A stretch of 63,663 nucleotides of DNA, filler included, from Octopus bimaculoides (lineage: Eukaryota): NCBI RefSeq assembly GCF_001194135.2. It is 8 parts of 7 records of this genome, joined end to end, with 100 filler letters (N's around TTAATTAATTAA, not from the genome) between each part and the next. Parts side by side here need not be neighbours in the genome. Positions count along the whole stretch, not along the records: positions 25,440 to 41,210 come from NC_068982.1; 7 more parts are not named here. One strand, 5' to 3'. The notes beneath the pieces were generated by a model that was not told the origin of the DNA, did not search any database, and saw only the letters and a list, made by a program, of their open reading frames with translations. The position numbers and the translations under genes were made by a program. Shown piece by piece: positions 25,967-38,961 of the stretch (position 1 is its first letter; each line of letters begins with the position of its first letter).

Positions 25967-28900
25967 CATAGTTTCCCAAAGTGGGTGATATCACCCACTG
26001 GTGAGCAATTTCAAGTTACAGGTGGGTGATGGTTGACTTTCTAGGAAATGATGGGCGATGTGAACATTTTGTGGGTGACAAAGAATTTTTAGAAATTTGG
26101 TCTGCATTTACTTATATCTAGGCATACCTAGAATAAGGTTGCACTTTTATCGATTTGACTACTTGCATGAGACATCCTTTTCTATTGTAAAAGTGGACTT
26201 GTTTATCAATTGAATATTTTTGTCACACAGTCATTGAGATGGTTGTCATATTTTGCCAAAAATACCAGCCAAATAGGCCTAGGCCTTAAATCATGCTCCA
26301 CCAAATTTTCTTGGGGGTGGGCATAATCATATGAAGTCCCACATGTAGAATACAAATTCACAAAAATTTTCTGAAAACTCGAACAAATAAAGAAGTTATG
26401 AGGGGGTTATATGTTGTGTGTAATTCTACGGTTTCATATCAACACAAGTGCTATTTTCAGGAAGTTGACAAAATGTGCAGTCACGCACAAAATGACAACT
26501 TTGAAATTGTGTTTCTTGACTGGGTGAAAATGATCAAACTTTAAACCTCTGTAACTTATTAAAAACATTTTTCTGGGAAAAGTTGAATAACTCCAGCAAT
26601 TTAGCTTGAAAAAGTATATTAATGTGTCAAATTTTAAAATTTTTGATAAACTTTAATTTTTGAAATGCTTGCAGCCAAATGAACTAGATCCGTATTTGCT
26701 TCAGTAAAGACGTATTATCTGACTCTGCTCTATCAACTTCTTCTCTTTGGGAAATATCCTACTGCCTTTCTGATGCCATCTGTAGAAATCTGTTTTCACA
26801 TTTTCACATTACTGATGCATCCAGTCAAGAAAATTTGTCGACAATACAGTAGTGATTATTTATTGTTTGGATTTATTCCCTCTCCTCAGAACTGTCAGTT
26901 ACCAGTGTACCTTTTTTTCCATCAAACATTGACCAACGAAGCAATGAAACCTTCATACTTGACGTATCACTTTGATGCAAAGCATTCTGACAAGAAGGAC
27001 AAGCCATTGTCATACTTTTTGTAATTGAGCACCTTTCAAAAAGCAAACACACACATTCAACACACTTCTCCAGGAAACTAGTAAGCAGGAGAATGATGGG
27101 TTGATTGCACCTTACAACATCGCATTGCTTGTTGCTAAGTCTGGGAAGTCTCACACAATTGCAGAAACATTACTTCACCCAGTTATCAAAGAGGTTTTGT
27201 CAACCATTATGCGCAAAAACTTGATAACATTATGAAGAAGATCCCACTTAGTAATAACACAATTTTTCGACACATCGCTGAAATAACCAACAGTGTCAAA
27301 CATCAGCTTATTAATATTCTCCAGCATTCTGAATTTTCTATACAAGTGGATAAGTCAACTGTTGTGGACAATCAATGTTTGATGATGGTATATGTTCAGT
27401 ATTTCAATGAAGACCTTCAACCTTGTGAGGAAATACTGTTCACAGAGGAATTGCTGCTTGATTCAAAAGGTGCAACTATTTTTTACACTCTCAAGTCTTT
27501 CCTTTTTGAACATAATATTCCACTCGGTAATATTCTTGCCTGTGCATCTGATGGAGCCCCTTCAATGATAGGAAGATACAGAGGTTTTTCATCTCTCCTA
27601 AAGCATGAAATTTCCCACCAGATACTAACTGTTCATTGCTTAGCACACCAGCAACATTTAATGGCAAACAATATGAATGGTAGATTGGATGATGCGCTAC
27701 AGTTAGTTATCAACACTGTGAACAAATTGAAGTCCAGTCCCTTGTCTGATCAAATTTTCCGTCAACTCTGAGAAATGATGAGGACTATACTAAACTCATA
27801 TATCATACTGAAGTGTGGTAGCTGTCAAAAGGAAACTGTTTTACACTTTGTTGAACTGTTTCATATAATCATATCTTTCTATGAAGATACTCCACTATCC
27901 ACTTCATTGATGGTTGCAAGGTGCGATATCTTTTTGTCTTCGTGATATATTCACAAAATTAAATGATTCAAATATGTTATTGCAAGGAAACAGAAAAACT
28001 CTCATTGATTGTAAATCATTTACCACTACCTTAATTTTAAAATTGGTGCTGTATCAGACTAACATTTCAAAATGTCAATTCCATCAATTTCCACAACTTG
28101 ACTCTTTGAAAGATGAATTGGTTGATGAGGATCTAACTACATATCGCAACTATTTACAATTATTGCACAATGACATGATGGAGTGATTTCAAGATGTTAT
28201 TGTGCTGAATATTCCAAATTGGTATAGCACTCCATTTGAGGTTGATGCAGTCAATTGTGAGGACGACGTTCAGGAGGAATTGATAGATTTGCAAAATGAC
28301 AATGATGTCACAATGTGATATCACTGTAATGGCAAAGGTTTGTGGTAGCATCAAAGTATATTGAATTCCTACCCCAATTTGTGGAAACATCTGAAATTAC
28401 TTTACCTTGCCTTGCCTGCCTCGTACCTGGTTGAACCTGGTTTTAGTCATGTTGGAATTTTACTTTCCCATAAAAGAATTGAACTGGATGTGACATAACG
28501 AAGAGACTTGTGGCTAAAGTTGACAAGTTTGAAACCGAATGTATCTGCACTAGCTGCATCACACCAGACACATGGTTCTCATTAAAAAGTTGTATTCATT
28601 TCCTTTATAATACAATTATTAATTATTTTTGCATCGGTAGTTCTGATCAATGGTTCATTTGGGGAAAATAAAGATCAGTGTAAAAGAAAGTGTAAGTTTG
28701 CTGAAGTTAATCTGTCTGCATAATATAAACTTAATGTTAGAATTTTGTTCACACGAACAGCAAAACTAAACCCACAATAAGGGATTTGTAAACAACTGCA
28801 TATTTAGTCCAAACTGCATTAACCAGGTAATGAGTCTACAATATAGTGTGTGTGTCAAATGATACAGTGGCGGGGGGCTCCTTGGGGATTTAGTGTTAGG

Positions 28901-29084
28901 GGTGATGGTTGTATCAGGGGTTTTTTTTTTTTTACACAGGTAGGTGATNNNNNNNNNNATTTAGTGTTAGGGGTGATGGTTGTATCAGGGGGTTTTTTTT
29001 TTTTACACAGGTAGGTGATGGAGCAATTTTTGGACGATAAGTGGGCGATATTGCAATTTGATGTGAAAAGTTTGGGAAACACTG
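25967..29084 (+). mobile_element. Complete hAT (Buster/Charlie-type) DNA transposon, inactive
   Basis: TIRs CATAGTTTCCCAAA (25967-25980) and TTTGGGAAACACTG (29071-29084) match at 12/14. The 8-bp TSDs ATCTAGAG (25959-25966) and GTCTAGAG (29085-29092) are of the NTCTAGAN type. Confidence 0.92.
26815..28585 (+). pseudogene. Buster/Charlie-family hAT transposase with stops and frameshifts
   Basis: Motifs RQYSSDYLLFGFI, NEAMKPS, KKIPLSNNTI, FSIQVDKST, CASDGAPSMIG, VHCLAHQQHL and C-terminal HQTHGSH*. Several stops fit CGA>TGA decay. Confidence 0.9.
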
Positions 29085-30479
29085 GTCTAGAGAGTGCGTA
29101 GGACAACATTGTTTCCTTGTTATGTAGAGTGATTGTTTCTTTGTTCTGTTGATTGACCAATTTATTGTTGCACATTATAGGATGGTTTCAAGGACTCTGT
29201 TTATGTAATCAGTACAAGTGTAACATGAGCTGTCTAGGTTGTGTGTGGATGATGCCTGGATGTGGGGAGAGAGAGAGAGATAAATCCTCTTAAGTAGGTA
29301 GCATATATATATGCAGTTTATTCAGCTCTAATAGTTTACATTGTACTAAATATGTACTAATTAGGCAAAGTATTATATAATCAACAGTAGAATAAGTCTT
29401 AAAGAAATGCATTGAATGGTGGTTTTGGTAAACTACTGTATATGTAAATAATGTTATACTATTACATAAGTAAAAATGTTTAAAATGTCCGAAAAATATA
29501 GTTTAGCGTGAGACTAAACAGATTGGAAATAAGCAATATAGCATAAGATTTATATCAGTTGTTGGAATGGTCCATATTTAAATAACTGTTTTCAATGCAT
29601 CACTGTAATGTAATAAAAACTGTAGTTTTAACTACACAAAATAAAGTGTGTTAATTTATATATTGTTATATGCAGTGAAGGGATAATGTATATAGGTGCA
29701 GGCAAAGCCATTTGGCTAAGAAGTTTGTTTCACAACTGTGTGGTTCTGAGTTTGATCCCACTGTATGGCGTGCACAAGAGTGTGTGTGTGTGTGTGTGTG
29801 TAAGTCTTGTTTGTCTTGCTGACTCACTCTGCATTACTTAGTCATTATTGTTCTATTGTGATTTAAAAAGATATGTTCAGATAAGTGAAGCTTTGTTTTC
29901 TATCCTTATTTTTAATTTTAGCATAATTTCATTCCATTTCAACTTATATTTCTAAAGCCACACTGTTTTTAAGTTAATTCATTCCTGTAAAAATGTGCTG
30001 TCTTTGCCCCTTCATTAAGAAGGACCAGCTCATTTCAGTACTGTCCTGAAAACATGTATAGCCTGTCATCTTATGCCACCTTGTTTGTTTTGTATCAGAA
30101 GTATCCTTTTGACCTGTGAACAGATATATTTTTTCCTCCCCATTACTTTCCTCTGTCAAGGTGTAGCCATGACTGTGGCTTGGTTGTTTGTAGTACACCT
30201 TCCTAACTCACCCCACCACCTGTACAGGGCAGTGGGGGGAGAATCTTCTGGAAACCTCCTATACCGGAAACCTGTGCAAAAAGCTTTTTTCTCCCTCCTC
30301 CTCCCTCTCATTGACATCAGCTCACTATCAGTGACAGTACTACAATATAAAAAAGACATACCTAGCATGCTCACATCGGAAAGATGGACAAGTGTACTTG
30401 CCAGTGGTTTAATTATTGGTGCTATTTTAGCTTTGTGTAAGCAATGATTCATATCACACCCTCTTCTGGTAGATGCAAC

Positions 30480-31190
30480 GTGAAGTGAACAAATGACAAT
30501 AAATCAAATGCAGGATGAAACTTATATGAAACTTATGATATGTCTGCTAGTCAACATCCTTGCAAACCTACTCTTCAAATGCAGAATCCTGTCCCACATA
30601 CCATTGTTCCCTCTTTCTATCCCTTCCTCACCCTTTCAGTTGGCACACTCAATCTATCCTCTGTCAAAACTCCCTCTCAACCCATCTTCCAAACACCTCC
30701 ACCACCTGCTGCAGGCCTTCCCTTTTGTTCTCTCTAGTGCCTCACCCTCTGTAGGCCCTCCCACTCTCCCTCTTGTGCCTATCCACACACTCTCCATGCC
30801 CTCATATATCTGCTATACCCCTTCCCAACCACTCCAATTTCTCTTACTATCACTTGCTACAGCCATGTTTTCCCCATCTGTAAACATCTCTCCTCACACT
30901 CTTATGGAACAACACCCTACATCCCCTCCGTATCATTTATACCTCTCTGTTCCTTGTGGGTAGGACTCAGTACATCTCCAATTCCATCTATTTCTTCCTT
31001 TCTCTCACTCTGACTGTCTCTCCAACTCTCTCCTTATTCTATTGGGGTGGCCAAGTATCTCCTCAATAGTAAGATAACTATCTCTGTCTCTCTATCATAC
31101 TCTGACTTCTCTCCTGGCACACAGCCACTTCCCACAGTTTCACTCCCTCTCTCAGCTAGGAGGTCTCTGGCTTGCAAGCTACTTGGTGAC
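30480..31190 (+). mobile_element. Probable LINE 3' remnant (C-rich) abutting an RTE-type tail
   Basis: Pyrimidine/C-rich strand bias that runs directly into the gtgccacataaaaagc repeat tail. No protein motif was recognised. Confidence 0.3.
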
Positions 31191-31420
31191 CCCACTGGTA
31201 CTGGTGCCACATAAAAAGCATCTGTGCTAGTACCACATAAAAAGGACTTGAGCTGGTATCACATAAAAAGCATCCAGTACACTCTGTAAAGTGGTTGGTG
31301 TTAGAAAGGGCACCCAGTCACTAAAACCATGCCCAAAACAAACAGTTGGAGCTTGGTGCTCTCTGGTTTCCCAGCTCCTGTCAAACCATCCAACCCACGC
31401 CAGCATGGAAAACAGAAGGG
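31190..31420 (+). mobile_element. RTE-type tail element with 3-4 minisatellite units
   Basis: Colinear with 36300-36640. Confidence 0.7.
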
Positions 31421-33399
31421 CTTTAATGCGTTCCCAGAGTATATAGAACTTAGGGGGAAATACTAATAAGGTATGTATACTAAAATCGTGAAGCATGTTA
31501 AGTAATAACAGGTTTATCAGATATGAGATAACAATTCAAAGTAAATAACTCTGAAATGGGCTTTTGTGCGTTCCCAGTGGATATTACCCTCAGCAGTGCT
31601 AATGTTGGTATATTCGTGAATAAGTCACTAACTGAATTAAGTGGATCTATTGTTTAAGAAAATTCTATTTATTTGTTTAAGGGTTGTACTGGATAAATTG
31701 CAAAAATAACAGTTCAAATACTAAAAGTAAGCATACTCAATTTGATATATGCCAAATAATTTAGAAAAATGAATGGGTTATTTCCATTGGTTATTATATA
31801 TAAGGATCCCTTCCAGGAGCCCTGTTATCGATTCTTTTTCAAATACCTGAGTATGCCATGAGGTTTCCAGACATGAGTTCTACTCATGTGTCAAGTACCA
31901 TCAAAATTGATAAAACGATGTAGGAGGAGTTTGCTAACAACTCCACAAACACATTCAGAATTTCCCACATATGTAGTATATATATATNNNNNNNNNNNNN
32001 NNNNNNNNNNNNNNNNNNNNNNNNNNNNNNNNNNNNNNNNNNNNNNNNNNNNNNNNNNNNNNNNNNNNNNNNNNNNNNNNNNNNNNNTATATATATATAT
32101 ATAGTTCTGTCTAAAGAGTATAAACATATTTCATTATCTGACATTATGTTTAACATTAGAAAGGACACCCAGCACTAAAATATCGATTCCAAATACTGAT
32201 CCCGTTATTCTGAATTTCACTTACTGATTTTCCCAAACTTTATCAAAAAGAAAAGCTAACCCCAGTGTGAAAGTCAACATACAAATGTATCAGATCATTT
32301 ATTAGCAGATGTTTCACAGTTGATGTGATTTTCTCAATTAGACTGTAGTGTTATTCACTGCATCAGATCAGGTTTATTATGTGGATCACTGATCAAATAT
32401 TCTCAGTTGAAATTCTTGATGTGGAAAATCTAACATTTTCCTTCAAAGAAGAAAATCTGACCATGCTAAACTTTGGTGCAATCAATAACGAACAATTACT
32501 TGACTACTGCAGGGTGATGATGTTGCTATGACTCAGCTATCTCCAATTGGGCAAATCTACAAACAGTGTTCCAACTCTGATCATCCAGCATTATTCAGAC
32601 ACAGTATTTCTGAGACTACATTATCCAATAGGACCTTCATGTTTTTTTTTCTTTTTATGACAGAGATCTGGTTGCTATTTTTAACAGGTTGAGTAAGTGC
32701 ATAGAAACTTCTGTTTCTTTTTAGTGTGTCTTTCGCATTGTCACCATCATCTTACATTCAGTTTTTTCCTTTCTCCATCCTGGTTTGAGTTGGATGACTC
32801 ACTAATCATTTCAGCATAGTTCATCATCCAATGTACATACAGCAGAAATAACCTGCCAGCTTTGTTCCCACTCCCACCCATCCATGGATTTCATAGGTTG
32901 GATACCTTTCCCATCACTAAATACAATATGGACTTTGTGCATTTTACCAAACCTCCAAAACTAGAAAACTGGACTAAAGCATACCATACTTTATATCAGT
33001 TTTTATTTAGAGTTTGCTCCTAGAAGTGAGTTTATCATAATTTGTTCCAGATAAAATCAGCCACTTCACAGCATAGACAACTTCATGGATAGTCAGAGGG
33101 TGATTTTCATGGATCACAGCATGCATTTTTGCTTTTTAACTATCATCAGTTGTTATGGAAAGTCATTCAAATATGGGATTACATTCAGTGAATGTTTTTC
33201 CAGATTTGAAATGTTGGTGTTAGAGCTTCCCTCCTGTGGTTTCCAGATCCTAAATTTTCAAGAAATTAGGTTAAAATAGCAAGTTAGAAACTGCTGTATT
33301 ATTTAAAAATTTATTTTTCACTGCAAGACTAATCTTACAGAGAGAGAGATACAGACAGACAGACAGACAGGCTTTAACATCATTTTAAGATAGTTTTAC

Positions 33400-34950
33400 A
33401 AAGTCATTTCCTCAGAAACTAGTACAGCTGAAATAGAAGATCCTTTTTCGAAAAGAACCAACCAGCAGAAAATAAGTTTACTTTTAAGGAAAAGTAGATG
33501 AACTATAGATGAAATAGTATCCAAATTAGTTGTTGATGAATTTTCTGTGAATGCAATGGTTAAAAGTTCTGCTAGTTGAGAAGTTACAGATTAAGGTTGG
33601 ATTTTACCAAAAAATGATTCTCATTGCAGATAATTCAACATCAATATGATTGGAGGAAAAATTTGATTAGTGAAATAACTAAAAGAAAGAGAAATTCTGA
33701 AAAATTCAGTGTTTGATGAATATACATCTTTGCATAATTGCAGGTATTTGAATGTAGATGTACATTCATCTGGTAAATTTTAGAATTTAGAAATGATCAG
33801 AATTTATGGGAGTTTAGCTGCTGAAAAATTATTGAACTTTGAGAAACAAAACTTCCTGAATTCAATATTGATTGGGAAAAAGTATATGTTCAGTCATAAC
33901 TGATGGCGCAAGTATAACTGCAAGTATTATGTTGTGCACATGGTTTTCATTTGGTTGCTTCTGATGTTATTTATAAGAATACTAAGTCAGATTCTGATGA
34001 AGTTAATTTAACTAATGACTCTTACAATAACGATGAATTTGAAGGTAGATTCAAGGATGGTGATCTAAATGTAGATTCTGCAGTTACATATGTAGTCAAT
34101 AATTTATGTTGATTTACAGGAACCTGAACTTTGTGATATAGCTTCTATCGCAGAAGGCTCTTTCGTTGAAGAAAATTAAAAGCATTGGATATCTTATTAA
34201 AATGGAAATTCTCAGTTCATTTTGTAGATTTAAAAAACAAACAAAAAAACATGAGAAATATTTAAAGAAGAACATTATCATCAATTATAGTTTATACAAA
34301 GACAAAATGGAATAACCTTTTTGCAATGTTAGAAATATTCTTGTTCTTTAAAAATTGAAGCAACCTCAGAATGAATTAAAATAGGATTTGAAAAATTAAG
34401 TTGCAGTGATGTAACCTTGGTCTTTGCAGGTGTATTTTGTTTTTTATTCTAGAAAAATTGAATTGACAAATTACACCACAGCTCCTCTCATTGAGAGAAT
34501 TTCTATTTAAAATTAGAAAAGAAAAAAAAAAAAACCCTCAGAAAAAAGGCAGAGTGGCAAAGGAATCAATAAAGTATTTATGTAATTTCTTTTAATTTTG
34601 GATGCACTTGACCTGTTTCTACTTTTTGCAAAATATCACAAAGAAACTGTTTGAAAATTGTTCATTACTTTGTCAGAAAAATCCCCCTTCTTCTTATTCT
34701 CAATATTAAGTCATGAGATTTGAAGCGCCTATTCCATCTCTACTACACAGATTAAATGTTGCTATTAACAAGGTTTTTGAAAACAATCCAAAGAACTGGA
34801 AATGTTTGAAATTTCTGCACAAACTGTTTTATCCTCCAACTTCCATAGAAACAGGTTTTTCTGCATAAAATTGAAATCAAGTTTGAGTAATGACACTATC
34901 AATAATGTATGCTTTTTGAAACAATACTATCTATCTGATTTAAATATTCT
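33400..34950 (+). mobile_element. Highly degenerate hAT transposase relic (second family)
   Basis: Fragments FDEYTSLHNCRYLNVDVH, NLEMIRIYGSLAAE, ITDGAS, CAHGFHLVASDVIY and TKWNNLFAMLE resemble the hAT catalytic, CxxH and TRWNS motifs. Boundaries are approximate. Confidence 0.65.
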
Positions 34951-35923
34951 TTGCATATTCCAAGAAATTTTTGTCTTAATTTTCTTTTTTGTAATTTATT
35001 AGATTTTCTGTACAAGTATACATTTTTTGATAAAATAATTTTAATGCTTATGATTCTTGACTTCTAATCATACTCTAAGTTAAACACTTGAGTCATAAAA
35101 TAAAAGAGTTAAAAATGAAAATCAATAGGTCTATTTCCAGGAAATTCTTGGAAACCCAGGATATTTGTTTTCTCCTTCTGATTTCTCTGAAGTAATAAGT
35201 TTTAGATTTAAAAAATTGGGAAGCTATAGTTGGAACTACTTGTGACATTGCATTAGTTCAAGTAATCTTTTCTCTAAGCCTATTGCAACATTCTCCAATA
35301 GTCTCTAATAGTTTTTCCTCCAATTCTATACAGAATTTCACACAACACTTTGTTCTTCTAAATCTCATTGTTCAATATGTAGCAAATCACCAGGTGCACC
35401 ATATATATGTTCACTGTAGCACATGTAGATCAATGACTAATTAACATAGCATAATTTGGCTATTGTTAATCAGAAGTTGAAGGTCACATGTACTTAGCTC
35501 TGCAGTTGTGAACATGCAGTACTGGTTGGCTGGTGCCCTATTTTAAAAGTTAGGCCTCTTTTTTGATTGAACACCATTAAATGGTGTTCATTATCAATTC
35601 TGCTCCATATAAATAAAAATATTTTTAACTCTTTTGTTACCATATTTCTGTTGAAATACACTGTCTTTGTTTCTATTAATTTTGAAAATAATGATGAATT
35701 TAGTGAAATAACTTTGTCATTATTAAGCTGGTATTTAACATGGAATTTTAATGGAAGGTTTTTAAAACAGGAAATTTGTGTCATAGAAGCAAGGGCAGTC
35801 TCAGGAGGGTTGATATTAAAAGGGTGAAAGTATTCTTGTTTCAAATGAAAAAAATTGTTCTTAATTTTAATGCTACTTGTGAAAATAAAATACATTTTTA
35901 CTTCTTTCTCATTCAAAATTTAG

Positions 35924-35998
35924 GTGGTAGAAGAAATGATGGATTGAAAGCAGCCGATATTGTTCCAATTCTTAGAGAAAGAGTTGCATATCTTTCAG
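35924..35998 (+). CDS. trio: Internal coding exon (75 nt, phase 1/1) of a Trio/Kalirin RhoGEF, start of the Sec14 (CRAL-TRIO) domain
   Basis: The acceptor ...cttctttctcattcaaaatttAG ends at 35923 and the donor GTAAGT starts at 35999. Translation (G)GRRNDGLKAADIVPILRERVAYLS(G) matches recalled human Kalirin GSFRNDGLKASDVLPILKEKVAFVSG and Trio RKNDEMKAMDVLPILKEKVAYLSG. Neighbouring exons were not found in called sequence. Confidence 0.93.
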
Positions 35999-36299
35999 GT
36001 AAGTAATTTATTTCCTCATATCTTAGCATCAGAATTGTTTCTTTTTAAGAAATCAAAAATTTCTTGTATAAATAGTAGTAAATTATTAGTTCATAATACA
36101 TTACACCTAGTAAAAAAAAAAAATCATTAGTAATGATTGGAACCTGTGTTTAATGTATGTTTTTCAGAACTTGGTTAAGTGATTCCAGTATGGAAGTACA
36201 GTAGTTCGTGTTTGCATATATGTTTATGTGTATATGTGTGCATATGCCTGGTGCCTTGTTGTGCTCAAGAAGACCCATACTCATAGCAGAAGTGTTAAA

Positions 36300-36640
36300 A
36301 CTGGTCCCTCTGGTAGTGTAAAGCTCTCATGGCAGTGCCACATAAAAGCATCCATGCAGTGCCATGTAAAAATGCCTGTGTGGTGCTATGTATAAGCATC
36401 TGTGCAGTACCACATAAAAACCCCCATTTGGTACCACATAAAAGCTCCTGTGTGATGCCACTTAAAAACACCCATGCAGTGCCATGTAAAAGCACCCAGC
36501 ACACTCTGTAAAGTGGTTGGTGTTAGGAAGGGCATCCAGCTGTAGAAACCATGCCAAACCAGACTGGAGTCTGGTGCAGCTTGCCAGCCCTGGCCAAACC
36601 CTTCGACCCATGCCAGCATAGACAACAGATGTTAAATGAT
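36300..36640 (+). mobile_element. RTE-type tail element with an expanded ~22-bp internal minisatellite
   Basis: About 8 units like gtgccacataaaagcatccatgca (36330-36500), then gcacactctgtaaagtggttggtgttaggaagggcatccagc. Confidence 0.75.
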
Positions 36641-36655
36641 GATTATGCACAAGAG

Positions 36656-36705
<50 letters not shown>

Positions 36706-37309
36706 ATCTTATAATTACTAATCTAAGACAAATTGTGTGTGTGTGTATAATTTTTAGAGGTTCTATTTGCCAAACGATTTGTTCTAAGATTGCATTGTGA
36801 AACCAAGACAACTGCATTGTTGTAGTTTTGATAGTAATTTAAATTGTGCATATATACTATTATATTCACCTTTGTTTTACTTTGTTGTATTACAATTGAA
36901 TGTGTTTGTGTGTATAGTTGGGGTGTGGTGTGATAGTGTATTAGAATGTAATAAAAGTATTAGTGTTTTAGAATGGATTATGTTTGTGCATTTCTCATTT
37001 CTTATGAATTGATAAGTTGTTAGTATGTGTACATATAGTTCCTGAGGTCACCTTCCTTATTTTAAGGATGTGGGTTTGTGGTTAAGGCTCAGTATAATTG
37101 ATTTCTTATATAGGCATGAGTTTGTAAAGCTCTAGCAGTAATGGGGCTGTGTTATAGTCATGACTTCATCCTGAGACAAACTGGCTTCAACCAGGAACAG
37201 TATCCTACTGGAAATTTTCTGTTGTTATATTTTCTCCATCTTCCTTGAAAATTCATGAGATCAAACTGAGACATGATTCATATTGTGCTCACACACTTAT
37301 CTTTAGAAG

Positions 37310-37405
37310 GTTCAGAACACTATTGATACTATCGTCTATCTGGGAATTGAACCCACGACCTCACAATCGTGAATGCAACACCCAGCCACTAAGCCATGCG
37401 CCTTT
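37310..37405 (-). mobile_element. tRNA-head SINE fragment
   Basis: Minus strand gcgcatggcttagtggc...gtgggttcaattccc. Confidence 0.6.
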
Positions 37406-37779
37406 ACAATGTGTGTGTGTGTGTGTGTGTAATGCACTCCTAAAAAGAAGAGGTAGTCAGAAATAGAATGCATTTTATTATAGGTCTGCATAATCAAGGT
37501 TGACAGGGGACTAGATAACAATAGCTTCAACTCTTTGACTCACATTATTAGAATTCTATTTCTTTTCTGCTGCTTGCCAACTGGACACATGTTTAATAAA
37601 ATTCTTTGGAGTTGGATATTATATTTGATAAGTCACATGCCCTTATAAATTATAACACCTGGAATGGTGACAGGGTTTCATTTTAAATATTAATTTATAG
37701 TTAACCAAACAATGTGGATTTAACAAACTAAATTATTTTTTGTTATTTGTTATTCATTCTCAAATGCTTCTTGCTTGCT

Positions 37780-38370
37780 TCATGCTGTTGCTTGATGGGG
37801 CTGAGGCTATCCCAGGTTAGTGGTCTCAGAGGTATCATTGTGTGTGGAGTCGACCAGGTCCACCTGTGTTCCACATCGCTGGCAGTCTTGTACCAGTCCC
37901 TCTGCATCCTTCAAGATCTAGAGATCTTCCTTAATCACATCCAGCCATCTGCTGCAGAGCCTGATACAGGGCCTCTTCCAGCCTACAGCTGCTGTGTTGA
38001 ATGAGAGCAAGGCCTTGGTAGGATGATCAGTGGGAGGCAGAGGACATGTCTGTATCAGCACCTGCGGTGGGAGGCAGTGGGTTGATGTGAGTGCACATGC
38101 AGTTCTTTGTTAGTAACACAATGGTACCATCTGATGTTCTTGATGGGTCTGAGGTCTTTGCTCTTGAAACTGTTGACCCTCTTTGCCAGGGTCTTCACAA
38201 AGGACCACACTTTTGTTCCATAGAGGAGAATGGTGGAGATCAAAACATTGTAGATGTGGAGCTTTGTCTTCTGGGAGATAGAGCAGTGGTACCAAAGGGG
38301 CTTCCATAGGAAGTACATGACCCTGGTGGCAAGATCACACATTTGAACTGTTTTGTTTTTCACTAACTTT
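37780..38370 (-). mobile_element. RTE-like LINE ORF2 C-terminal relic
   Basis: KTKLHIYNVLISTILLYGTKVW...IKNIRW resembles the RTE KxxIYxxxVxSxLLYGxETW block. Confidence 0.75.
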
Positions 38371-38659
38371 GGCTATAATGTACCTCACTTGCTTTCCCAA
38401 TAACTGGTTGGGAAATATGTATTTTTTCCTGTTTCTGGTTTCAAATTAAAATTGCCAATTTAAAAGATTTGTCTAATTGTGCCATTTCCTCTTTTTAATG
38501 TTTTATTAATGTAATATTAGGTTCTTGTTACAAAGGAAGTTAAGTTTTATTTTGCAGAGAAGTGTGTACACACAAACACACACACACACACATGCGAATG
38601 AATGTTCACATATTAATTAGCTGATTATTGTATAAGTGTATGTGTGAGTGAGTGTGTGT

Positions 38660-38693
<34 letters not shown>

Positions 38694-38699
38694 GCGTGC

Positions 38700-38870
38700 A
38701 GGTGTGGCTATACACAAGCATGGTTGACTGTGATTAAGAAGCTTCCATCTCAACCACATGGTTTCAGGTCCAGTCTCACTACATACCTTGGGCAAATCTC
38801 TTCTATAGACCCAGGCCAACCAAAACCTTGTGTGTGAATGTAGTAAAACAGAAACTGAAAGAGGTCCATC
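38700..38870 (+). mobile_element. Composite SINE, 5' half, CpG-decayed copy
   Basis: Aligns by eye to the reverse complement of 1790-1950, with CG>CA/TG changes. Confidence 0.7.
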
Positions 38871-38898
38871 AAATAAATAAATACATATATATATACAT

Positions 38899-38959
<61 letters not shown>

Positions 38960-38961
<2 letters not shown>

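Noticed and set aside
28890-29020. Tandem duplication of about 60 bp across an 11-N gap
   Set aside because: The identical sequence on both sides of a tiny gap is a typical unmerged contig overlap.
30073-30963. 124-aa and 156-aa ORFs
   Set aside because: No recognisable domain or splice context. The low-complexity C-rich strand is consistent with a retroelement remnant.
32463-32520. ATG...TGCAGG|GTGATG as a Trio first coding exon
   Set aside because: The donor is weak and in phase 0, which is incompatible with the phase-1 acceptor at 35924.
32675-32700. tttttaacAG-GTTGA-GTAAGT as a 5-nt microexon
   Set aside because: It is frameshifting and stop-containing, and it appears to lie in a decayed SINE fragment.
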